This document shows, piece after piece, positions 10,429 through 22,600 of a stretch of DNA of 64,000 nt. Within the stretch, counting starts at the first letter, position 1. Every line of letters starts with the position of its first letter. The notes under the pieces are model-generated. The model was not told where the DNA came from and did no database searches. It saw nothing but the letters and a program-made list of their open reading frames with translations. Source of the DNA: Ramazzottius varieornatus (taxonomy: Eukaryota; Animalia; Tardigrada); assembly GCA_001949185.1 (NCBI GenBank), contig BDGG01000001.1:5447527-5511526 (forward strand). The letters run 5' to 3'. Made by a program: the position numbers and the translations under genes.

Positions 10429-12613
10429 TCAGTTTCGAGTCGTGGAATGTGCAGCAGGTCCGGGTATGGGCGGAAGGCTCCGCAAATATGCGCTCCACTC
10501 CTCGTCTTCTTCTCTGGTAGAAAGAACTGTCAGTTCCCATCGGGTGACACGAGTCAGCCTCCCGTTCGGAAGCCGAAATCTGAAAAGCTCTCCTTCTGCT
10601 TTGGGTAGGTAGCGAAGTCGAAGGTCGGTGGGCATGAATAGGCAAATCACTAGTGCCAACGATACCGGCCCCAGCATCCAGCGAAAGTTCAGGTCGTACC
10701 AGTGCGTCGGATTATTTGGATAGAGAGCCTGCTGAGATCTGTAGACTGCTGTAAAAGTTAGCCCTCCCATAATACCGATAACGGCCAAGACAGACACCGC
10801 CACACCATTGGTCGGTCCAACGTTCTTGGCTCCGAATTGCTGAGACAGAAACGCAGCAAGCATCCCAAAGCCTCCCCCATCTGAAACGCGGATTTCTGTG
10901 AACAAGGCAGTGAAAGAAGATTGCTGAACGAGCAGAAAACATACAAAAGAAAACGATGATACCACCGCAAGTCAGCAATCCGCCGAAGCTCTTGGCTTCC
11001 AGCACGGTAGGCAGGCAGCTCAGCGAGATCAGCTGGCACGACAGGGACAGGGCATACAGCGGCTTATAACCCTTGATCATGTCCGAAGCAAGCGGCAACA
11101 GCAGCCGACCAAGGAGATCACACTAAAACAAAAATCAAAATTCCTGACTGTTTCACCAATTTGCAGAACGAACAGGGCCGCCTCACTCCGCCAAGTATTG
11201 CATTGGCAGTGGCACCATCGCTCGGTGACCTTCCCAATTGAGTTTGAACCATTGACTGTATCTTGGAATAGACGAGGATGCTGGACATCTCGGCTCCCAT
11301 AAATGTCAGGTACTAAACAGAAATAAGCGTAAAACACCATCAGAGCAGTCTGATAAGCCTTTAGAGCCTAAGCCTTACAAATATCCAATATTGGAGGGAA
11401 GTCAGAGCTCCTACGGAAGTCATGGAAAAGTGTTCCGAATAGTCAGTTTCCGCCATGGGTGGCGCACTATGTTCTTTCGGGAGCTCGGCTTGGAATTCCG
11501 TATTCAGTATGGGAGAAATGGAGGAGGCAGAGCTCGACGAAGTGAGTGGCCGTGATACCGTACGAGTCGGCTGGATATTTTCAGCAGGCTTGACGGTAGG
11601 ACTGTGTACGCTGTAGCCAGGCGGCGGGTGACGCAGGACGAAAGCACACGTTGTCATTATCACAAAGTAGCAGGATCCCAGAATAAGAAACGTCAGTTCG
11701 ATCCCGAGGTAGGCTTCTCCGGTCTTGTGAAACAATGGACCGATCAGTCCTTTTTGGGCGAACGGCGCCACTATCGCCCCCAGGCTGTAACCGCAAACAG
11801 CCGCGCAAGCAGCGACACCACGCCTATCAGGAAACCACCTTTGGAGGGGCGAAGTCGGACATACGTAAGACATGCCAAGGCCAGTGGCCCCAAAGACGCC
11901 ATAACCAAAGTAGATTAGCGGTAGCAGCTTGACGTACACACCCAAAGCAGTCAATAAGTTACCAAAGAAAAACAAGGTAGCGCCAACGAGAAGAACTTTT
12001 CGCGGCCCATTTCGCTCTAGCCAAGGTCCAGTAACTGCTGCACTGCACGAGAAGAAGGCAATCGCTACGTAGAATACGTTTGAAGCTGCAACGAATCGCT
12101 GTCAGAAATCAAATTGCTGAGCCCTCCACAGTAGGATGCACTATGCGAGACATCGGCTTACCTACAGCGCGATCCACGCCGCCATTCCGTCCGTATAGCT
12201 GTGCTTCGATGGGTAGGTTGAACCCGGACCAGGCGTAAAACGTCCCAACACAGGCCTGCAATCGGAAGTTCGGTTTGGATGGACTGGTCGAATACTCTTC
12301 TGTCTTGTCATCTGGCATGAGCTTGAAGTTAGAAAGTACATGCCCCGATTTTCAGTTTACGTAGTTTCTTCGCAGTGACGCAATAATGTCCCAATTTCGC
12401 AGGTGCATTGGTAGCACGTGCAAGTCTCACCTGACTAAGTGCCGCGCAAGGCATCAGCATGTAGCGGTTGAAAGGGATAATCTTGGGTATCAGCCACTTC
12501 TCCCGTTCCAGCTGAGTCTCGTTGCGGACATACTGAATATTTGAGTAATGCCAAATGACCGCCTCTTTGAGCCAGGACAGGACGTTCCAGCTCTTCATGA
12601 CCATGGTATCCAC
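10429..12613 (-). CDS. MFS transporter, oxalate:formate antiporter (OFA/OxlT/YhjX) type; intact 6-exon gene
   Basis: Exons 12613-12431, 12255-12162, 12085-11379, 11312-11187, 11122-10944 and ~10880-10429 splice in frame with GT-AG. Motifs CVGTFYAWS, GPWLERNGPR, GLGMSYVCPTSPLQRWFPDRRG, GRLLLPLASD and YGGGFG..FGAKNVG; multiple hydrophobic TM segments. Confidence 0.85.
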
Positions 12614-13629
12614 ATTCCGACACGGCTTTCTGGTTTACAGATCGCTACATGGGTGAAGTCCTGCGGAGCTTGCTCGATCAGTTGTCGCCAAGCCGGACAC
12701 AAGTACGGATGACGGGCGATAGTGCCTGTGGGTTTTGACTTTGAATCGAAATTACTATACATCTACTGAAACTGTTTCATTTCCTCCCTGATAAGACAAA
12801 TGCCTGAGACCACCGAAGCGTTGCCACTTTGTTACCTTCAAGTGACAATATCGAAGAATAACGAACGATATATGATTCGGACTGGTGAAGAGCGTTTTCG
12901 CAACGCGTTGCACAACTTGTAGGAATGCTTACTACAGCTGACAAGCCACATTTTTTTGTACACTGCGCAAACTTTTAGACGGATTTTAATTAAAAATTTT
13001 CGTCGACACAAAGAACACGGACATTGGATTTCGCCATTTTATGAAAATTGCAAAAGATGTGCGAAAACAGGACGGTGCCCCTTTGTAGGAAGTGTTTGAT
13101 CTGTTGTAACGCGATCTTTGCCATAGTGAGAGGCTAAGTCAATCTGGCTGCCGGCGACAACAGACTTGTACACAGACTTTGAGGTGTATGTGGGGAGAAA
13201 ACCTGCTGACAGACAAAGGTGGGTGACAACTGGCTTCCACCACAACAATTTACACTTGGTATTCTTCCTGGCCGACAACCTAAATGCATAACCATAAGCA
13301 TTCATATTTGCATGACATTCAATTTACCGGCTAGCAGCTGAAGACTTTAGAATATTCATTCCTATATCTCCTTCATTTCGCACGTTGTATCGTTTATCGT
13401 CCAAACATTCAAACCAGTAAGATCAGAAAAAATGCCTGGTGGTGTCAGGAGCTGCTCCAACCAGACAACACAAGGATCTTTTGGCACTTGAAAGGTAATA
13501 CTCTAAAACAGCTTCCCTTTACGGTTCCGGCCTGCGTGTAGCACCAGCCAACTGAAACCCAGAAAAGAACGAAGAAAAGCGGCAAGGTGTCGCAGGCCGA
13601 AGGACTTTCAGCACGCCAGATACTGTGCT

Positions 13630-16600
13630 CTAGTAGACCCAGGTTACCGGTACCCACTGCGGTTGTTCATGGATGTCCTCCATCGTGTGCTCCAGCTGAC
13701 GAATGGTCCGATCAATGTCGTTATTAACTATCACGAGATCGAAGTAGTGGCCGAACGCCGCTTCCAGCATGACTGACTCATTCGCCAGTCTTTGCAAACT
13801 TCCATCGGCCTAAAAACACCACAAGATTAAATATCCTAACTGAAACAAAATCCGGAAAAGGTTTTGGTCTCGTACGTCGTGAAAGTTGGATAAGGCAGGT
13901 GCAGCGATGAAGACCACGTAAGGTGTGAACTCCGATGTTCTCAGCACTTTCAGCGCTTGTGGCTCCACGTCGAGGATGGCGATCTTGCCGGCATTGTGGA
14001 TCTGCCGGATGGTCTCCAGCTTCGTCCCGTACATGGCTTCTTCATGGGTCCCATACTCCAGGTACTCGTTGTTGGCAATGTCGGCCATCATCTCCTTCTG
14101 ACTGACAAAGAAGTAATTCCGGCCATTTTGTTCTTCTTTCCGAGGAGGCCTTGTGGTATGGGGAATGGGGTAGGCGTAGCGATCGGGGTGAGAAGTTATC
14201 AGTGTGTTCTTGATGTGACGTCGGCCCACACCATGGGCCCCTATACAAATCATCAACGTCAGACCTAAGCTAGCTTCTCATTTGGAATACAGAACTTGAT
14301 GTTGGTAGCACGAACTGTACGGACCGAGAAGGACGAGGGTTCGTCGTTCGAAGAAGGGCAACTTGACGACTTCCTCATAAGTCACCACCTCGAGTTGGTC
14401 CAAGAGGCCGTTCTTGAGGAAGAGACGATCCTTTTGACGCTTCTTCTTTCCAAACCAGGCACAGTTAGCTGTGGATAAAAAGCCGGGATAATTATTTTCC
14501 CAGTCGCAGACAGGAAGCGTGGTATGCTCACCTCTCTATTATAAATGGAACTGCGAAGATCAACGTCGAGCGGAACTGTTTTTTTGAGTTTTTCGAATTT
14601 CAAAAACTTGTTCTTATGAATTTTCTAATTTTCAGCTTGACGTACAAGGATTATTAAAGAAGAGTCCGAAAAGCTCTTTCTCAGTATGGAATGATGGACC
14701 GGAAGCTTGGTGCTTACAGTTTTCTTGTTGAGCTCTTTCGATAGTAAGGCACGTAATCTTGTATTCCTGCAGTTCTGGCGAGGGAATTAATCCCGCGGGA
14801 ATGTCGGGCTGCTCGACATGACGTGCTTGCCAGTAATTGGGGTCTTCCTTGCTGATAACCTATCAAATAACCCCCATCATTGCTCACTTGCTCACATTTC
14901 CTCCTTCTCCGACCAATCAGCCGACCAACCGACCTGCAGAATGTCGCCCACAGTGAAAGACAAGCCGGCATCGACACACGGCACCATCGGATCCTCCTTC
15001 GGACTGTACACGAACTGTGCCCTGACGTACGTTTCCACCAAAGCCGCTGGCGGACGGCGACTGGGCAGAATCTTGAAGGAAATCGCTCCGGCTGCCTCCT
15101 TCTGCAAAGAAACCCAGTGACGGTTAACACAAACTCGATCAAGTTGCGCAGTCGTGATGCGTGTGAGCGGATTAATCTCCGTCAAAGTCAAATCGATCGT
15201 TCAAACATAACTTCTTACCAGCATCCGTTGGAGTTTGTCCACACTGTGATTTGCCACGGGAATACTATTGATTTCTTTGATTTCATCGCCGACGCGCAGC
15301 GCTTCTGTGGGGAGAGAGGAAGTGGACAAATATAGCGCTTTTCGACTCAATACACACGCAGCGTTTCACACAAGTAAACATAACTGTCTTGGTTCAACCC
15401 TCGAAAGGCCTTTTTTAATCTCAAAAACGTTTGATATAGGGAGCAAACGCGAACCGGAAAAGAAGATGAGCGGGTAATTACCTGTTCGATGAATAAGGCC
15501 ACCGTGAAGAATCCGCGCCACGATACATCGACCGGCTTCGTCCAACTTGAGCGTGAAACCCTGCAACATCAACGAAATACTTCACATGGTAGTTATCGTA
15601 GGAAATTGCCTAAAATGCCGATTGCTGTGTACACTGCAAATTCGAAGCACCGAAGTAAGTCAGATTTACCGCCTAATGAAATCGTCCAAAACTGGAACGT
15701 GGGTAGACGAATTGACCCAGATCGTTTCTTCAAATGGCGCACACCTCCAACCGAAAATGGTGATAATATGCGCCACTTGAGATATCGAACCGGCTCCATT
15801 TATTTCTCCATGCTCCAATTCCCTTCAAAAAATCCACAGCCCAGTAACATTCTTCTTCAATTTACTTACGAGTCGTTCGTTGGCGTTCTTGTGGATATTG
15901 ACTTGGCGGATTTTGGGTAAGGTAGCTCCGGGCGTCCTGGCTTCCAAATTCCGATGGGTATCCTCCCGTTCCATCGCCATAGCCTCCTGTGACTTTTGAC
16001 CCACTACCCTCTGATGGTTATTCTGAGCATGATGGTGGTTGTGTCCAGCATGAATGGCGTTACTCGTCTGTAAAGCCGCACTGGCCGCCAGCAGGCCGCT
16101 GGTAGACAGTGGTATGCTCTGATGGGAGGCCCCATAGTTGGTTGGAGGGACACTGTGTCCCGAAGGCGTGACGCTATCTCTGCCCGTCAAGCGTCCTGAC
16201 AGCGAGACGCTGGCGCCATCGGGGGAAGAGTGGACATGACCAGTGTTAGCATCAAGTCCGTTGAGTGGGAGTTCGTGGACTCGATTGAGCGCAGAGTAGG
16301 ACTGTGGGGACAGTGAGCGTTGACGAGCTTCGGGGGAGTACACTTCGTGAGCGACCACATCGTGAGCTTGGACTAAGGCCCGAATGTGAGGTGTACTGAG
16401 AAGACGACGGAGTTCTTCTGTGTCGGGCTGAGGTGGAGCATTGGCAAGGTCTTCGGAATCGCATTCGTCAAGCGTCTCCAGAACCTGAAATGGCCGACAA
16501 TGTGGACAATAAATCACAGCCATATTCCAACTGGACAAAAACAGGTTAGAAAAATCCCACAAAGATTCGGTAATGCCAGTTGCAATGACGCAATAAGTGT

Positions 16601-19600
16601 AGAATATGTGCCAAAGAATCACGATCGCTGAAGTGTGTGGTTATAATTTTCAGGTAAATATTTTTTGGCCGCTCGGTTAGCTATGGAGTATGTCGGTCCA
16701 TGAGCGTAATCGACGACGAGGGAAGGAAAGAAAAGTTGTTGGGAAAAAGGGCAAAGTCGGCAGATGGTAAAGTGGCGACAGCGTTAATGAATGGAACGTG
16801 GTTGTCAGACAGCTGATCATTACGACAAATTGCTCGCAATTGCCAACACAAGGAATATCATTGCATATGTTAGACTTTTAACAACTCCGACATTCAACAC
16901 ACCATACGCTAAAAAACAAATTTCACTCAACATGTCATAGCCTGAAAATGTCCCTCTGCCGTCCAAACACAACCGGAAACCCGATATATTGAACGATGAA
17001 AGACTAACACGAGGAAATTTTTGCTCGAACGAAAGACGACATGCAAACTCGATCTTTGTGAATGTGTACGCAGTGGGAGAAGATTGAAAAGTCATGTGAA
17101 GTGGAATCAAACTCTGAGCGGAAGGTCCTTGGCCTGGAGGAACAAATACGACACGGCTGTCTTCCTTCTGTCAAGCGACGACTGTCAAACAGTCGGATAA
17201 TGAAAAGCTCAACCACAGGCTCAACTCTATGAATGGAGGACCACGGAAGAGCCTTTTCTACTCACTTGCGCTTCCTACACGAGTAGTTGGTTCGTGGATG
17301 AACGGTATATACTTCACATGACAGAAAGGCAGCCCGCGACTATGTACACAAGCATGCCAGCATTCTCTAAGCACGGGTTCTCCCCTTTCCAATCCATTTC
17401 CATTTGTAACTTACAGAAGAGAGCGCAGCAAGAGTTAACACAATTTGCCACGATCCGCACCCAAACATGTGCCCTGGGTACCACAGATAATATTCCGAAG
17501 CAGTGAAGCACGCGCTTGGCATAGTGTCAACAAGAAGCGAAAAGTACAAAGAGCGCAGTTTTCGACGGAGTTATGACTGGTACAGCACACGTTTCCATTG
17601 TCTCAAAAGCCGACACTATCAGAAAATACACCGATTTCTCTGGCGGAAGGTTACCACCGGTGCCTTACGACTTCCTTTCGCACGCGCAACGAACTGGAAG
17701 ATAAGAAACGAGAAGCGATACACAGGGTCAAGTGATCATCAGCCTTGTCGTTGAGCTCCATTGCTCCACGGTGAAGCTTCCGGAGTTAGTAGATCCCGAG
17801 CCGGAAAAGGACAAATGTGATTTAAAAATCAAAAGCACGAGAAACAGCTGCGTTTGTTCAACAGCTCCAGATGATGCCGCAGACGCTCTTTGTTATCGGT
17901 CTTTTTGCCGACCGATAACTTCCTAGAAGATGGCCAAGCGTGCCTAAAACACATCCAGTTCTAATAGGTCACGGGGAACAGAGGCATTTCACGACGCGGG
18001 AAGCGGACTTGGACGAACCGGTAAAACGTCGCACTTGTCGCCAGATGGCGCCACAAAACGTTTTAATGTGAATTCGTGCCCTCTTCGAGACGATTACTGT
18101 ACCTGGTCGGACTCTTCGATTGGTGTCCAGAGAAAGAACATAGAAAAGTGAAAAGTCCGTTGGTCATATCCGTGTCCCTTGAGCACAGGTTTCATTCCTC
18201 AGGCTCTAACCAAAATTTATTGGCAGGTTTTCCATCGACCTGCTACCATTCGATAATATTGTACCGCTTCCTAAAACACTTTCTTGTTAAGGGTTGACTT
18301 ACGCGGAGAGCCAGCAAGGCGAAAACGTTGACATACAAGGCATTACGGTTGGCAGCACCTCTGTGCAAGTCCGAATCCATCCCGAAGAGTTGTCAAAAGG
18401 ATACGGAAGGAGATACAAGTTCCATCCTGGAGCGAGCTGGACATTCCTCTGCACTAATTGATCAGTTCCAAAGCCTCCAAGGGAAGTCAGATTCGTCGAT
18501 ATAAAAGTCAAATATCCCCGGATCGGCAGCAACACAGAAGCTTGCCGACTAACCTTTGCACAAAAGCGGAAAACCACTCCGTTACGTTTGTCGTTCGTGT
18601 CAAACGAAGTGAGCTGAAAGGAAGTCAAAACAATCCGCAAGACATTCTTCAAGAAGATGCGTGAATGAAGCCCAAAGCTCTACTGTGACAATTCCCAAAG
18701 AAATCACATCGCCGATCAAAACTGATGGTGCCAGTCGACGAAGGAAGAAAAACATCAGCTTGTAACAGCTGCTGGTTACAGTGGCCAATGCTTATCAAAG
18801 GAGACGTTGAAGAGGCGTAAAAGAGGAAGAGGGAAGGCAGCACTAACGAGCTGGATAGTCATTCTGGCCCATTGAGTTCGTGGGAGCCAAGTCATGGACT
18901 GCCTGACTGACTAACTAAACAGGAAGTCTTTCGTCTGCCCTCCAACATATCGATCAGGCATCAGCAATGAAAGATCAACTTCGACGGGCATTAGCACAAG
19001 TTGCTCAGACGCCTTCGCAGGAGATTCAAGTCCTTTTTTGAAGAGTTTCCACTATTCGCTGAGAACATGGATTGATTCGGCCCAACACGACTCAGCGCGC
19101 TGCATTCCAAGCGTTCTCATCCTCGTCCTTCTCATAGTCCAGAGAGAGAGAGAGTGCTCCTTCTAAGCGCTCAAAGCCTGCACTCGTGCTTCCTTCTTTC
19201 TCCGAATTGAAGACAAGCTTAACAACAAGAAGCTCAAACAATCAGCTGCGCTTCGAGCAGAGATAAACAGGTTCGTGAACAAGGGGCACAGGGGAATTCG
19301 CAGACGCTTCATGCGCAGGTAGAACCGCTTCTGTGGATAGTTACCCGGTCCACGGCCCATTCGGTCATTTTGCTACCAGGGTTCTCTACTTGCACTGACA
19401 CAACATGAGATGATGCACCAGTCCCACTTTCCCATCAGTTCAAGTCTGACTGGAGTTAACTAACAACTTACGTCGGCAAGAAGGGCAGCAGCAGTGTCCG
19501 TCCTTGGTCGGAGGTTCCCAGTTTCCTGCTGACGTCCAATACGATCGTACAACTGCAAAAACAAAAAACAAGGTGTTGTCCGATGCGCATAGTAAGGTTC

Positions 19601-22600
19601 GTCCTCCATTACAGTACGTATCCGAATAATCTCAAACAACATCTAATGACTTGGTGCAAAGATACGAACAAGGATACGACGAAGTCCTTTAACCAACGTG
19701 TGGTACTCGGAATAGTTCAGGCCAGTCAAGGCCAGCGCTGCAGCGGAAGCCACATTCAAGTTCTGCAAGACGGATCTCTGATCACGGCTCATATGCATTC
19801 CAAAATTTCACTCAACGAGTCCTGGCAAAATGACTGAAGAACAGAGGGACGATGTTTTCAGTGCGTCAAAATGATCATTCACGGTGCATGTTTTGCCAGG
19901 GTACAAATCGACGTTATTCGACATGACCAGCTGTGCAATCTGTCCAGCGGATGTGTTCCTGCAGGCGTCGAAGGACAGATAGAATGCTGCGCCGTGTCAA
20001 CATTCCCCGCTGTTCTCGTTGCACGGGCCGATAATTAAAGTGGGCTGATGTTGCTCATTAGGCTGGCCAAGAGGACACTTGGGGAATACAGGCTGGACGT
20101 CTCAATTACTCTTCCACGGAAGAACACGCCCTTCTCCATAACGTGGCGGAAGTAACCGTAAACGAGCCGAGAACGATCACATTTGCCAAAGATAACGGTA
20201 GGCACAACCATAATCGTTCAAGACGAAGCTTCTCGCCTTCTTTCTACGATACTATTCCACAAAGCATGAAATTAATAAATCACGCCAACGTCTCAACACG
20301 GCAAAGTGAGGAGCGGAAAAATATGGGTTATGAAAACAGAGGGATGAAAATTAACAGAGCGCAACACGAGCAGTTATCGAAGCACGTCCTTTCCCTTCCT
20401 TCCTCTCGCTCGGCAAGGCTATGATCACAGATGGACGCCAGGATCGAAGGCCATGGTTCAGAGGGGAAGAAAGGCGAGAACCCGAGATTGGCAAGGGATC
20501 GGTCGGCCATTGCGGGCTAGCTGGTGTGTCAACTACGCTGTGCGTATACACACAAGATAGCGCCTGCAGCTTCTGTCCTTGGAAGAACACAATGCACCAC
20601 CCTGTAAATAATGAAGTCCCGTCCCGTTTCAGCAGCAGTCTCTTCCTTCTCTTCCCGTCTTCGTGTGTTCGGTGAACTGTGTAACTCTATTGATTCAGAT
20701 GACGAAAAGGGGACGAAGGAAGGAGAAGGAAAGGGAAGCTGTTATTTATGCCGGCTAATCTGTGTTTACTCTGTAACGCCATTCATTCGCACTTCTTTCT
20801 CGCGGTTGGGTACAGTATGTACTGTCTTCCGTGATCGGCTCGTTGATGTGTTTAACAAGTTCGCCAAGTCGACTACTGCTCATTTCCACAATGTAAACAG
20901 GAACGAGGTCCCAGCTGACTATGAAACGATACACACTGCCGGCAGAACCGCCATAATCAAATTTCCTCGCGTTTTCTCATTACCGACCTTACATCTGTTG
21001 ACTGTCTCTGCATGATGGTATTTTCCCTGTATCGAATAACCCGTCTTTTTGCTATCCGCGCTTTGTATACTGTAATGGAATGCCGAACAACATGCAAATA
21101 AATGACGCAGATCATCGCTGACACATTTGCTTTCTGGGTAAGCCCCCCCCCTTTTGGTGTTTCGTCTCTCCAGAAAATTAATATATCTTCCTGACCTATT
21201 TTATCCTCTTATGAAATTTGCGAGCGTTGGTTTCGGGGAGGTTCAAAGTTGGACTGAAAAGAGGCTTCCCTTTCAAGAGGTCGTAATTCAGCGAAGCATA
21301 AAGGCATATCGGTTGTACAAAAGTCACTTGACGCTGTTACGAGTCATTTGTGGGCTTCAACATATCAATACATGATTGATGCGCCGGCCACACAATGACA
21401 ACCATCACATTTCACTTTGCCCAACCATCCTCAACTCCTCACTGTACCAAACCCTCCTCTCCATCTCCGCTGGCACTTCTGCCCCATTTCAAAAATGGAA
21501 TAGATATGTTCTCGACCTCTTCCATCTCAAATCAGATCCACCTCTAAACATCCTCGGAATGCCCTTCAAAGAGAAAAGTTTCTGCACGAGAGCTCAGCGA
21601 GCAGTGAAATGAGACGAGTGCCCTCGAGAGTCCTCTGTGATTAGGTTCCTATCTGTCACGAGGAAGCCAATTTGTCACGGCAAGAAAAACATCCACCTGA
21701 TTACCACGCAACGGAATCTCTACGCTCCATTAAAACTCGAATTCCACATTCTACGCAAAAGACCATTCTCAACAACACACCGAAACTCCATGCAGATTTC
21801 CCTTTGGTCAATGTGTCTTGCATGGTGGCGCTACTTAGGGTAGATGTAAGAAGAACAACTACACATGGTACTTCACGACCGTTCGACCGTAAGTATGTGG
21901 GATAGAACTCACATTAAGAAGGGTATGCAGCGTGGTGTCCTGTAGGACGTCATGGAGGAAGTCCTTCTGGCTATTGTCCAGACTGGTGAGGGCTTGGATC
22001 TCGTCCAGACTGTCGAGAACCAGGCTGACCGCCGCAGACGAAGTGACCGGTTCGTCCATACCGTACTCCGTCAGGGATGTCGTGGGACTCTGAACGTTAC
22101 AGTCGCTGTAGAAGGCGTTCCATTTAGGACTGCTGACCGCTGCTAAGACCGCTCCCTGCATAAAACACCGGATTAAATTAGTCCATGATTCCAACGGTGA
22201 AAGCTCATCAGAATTTCGAGAGAAAAATAACAAGGAAGACACATGGTTCGGAGGATGAGGAAAGTAGAGCAGGGAAAGCAAATAGTGGTGGAAAGAGGAG
22301 GAAAATGACTGAGAGTGAAGCAGCAGCAAGAAAGTGATAACAACACTTTAGCTACTTCCAGTTGATTACTCGCGACAGGATGGCTGAGCGGGAGCTAGTT
22401 ACCACAAGTTAAGGATGCACTGTACGACCAAGCATCTACATTGACGGTTCAGTGCGGCAAGAGCAGACCGGATACTGTAAGCGGTATCTTGAGCGCGATA
22501 ACAGGCGGCATTGGGGTACACAAGACACCACAAACACAACGCAAACCGTTACAGTTGCATCTTGATCAAAAGCAAGGCTTACAAATCACAATTTCATCAC

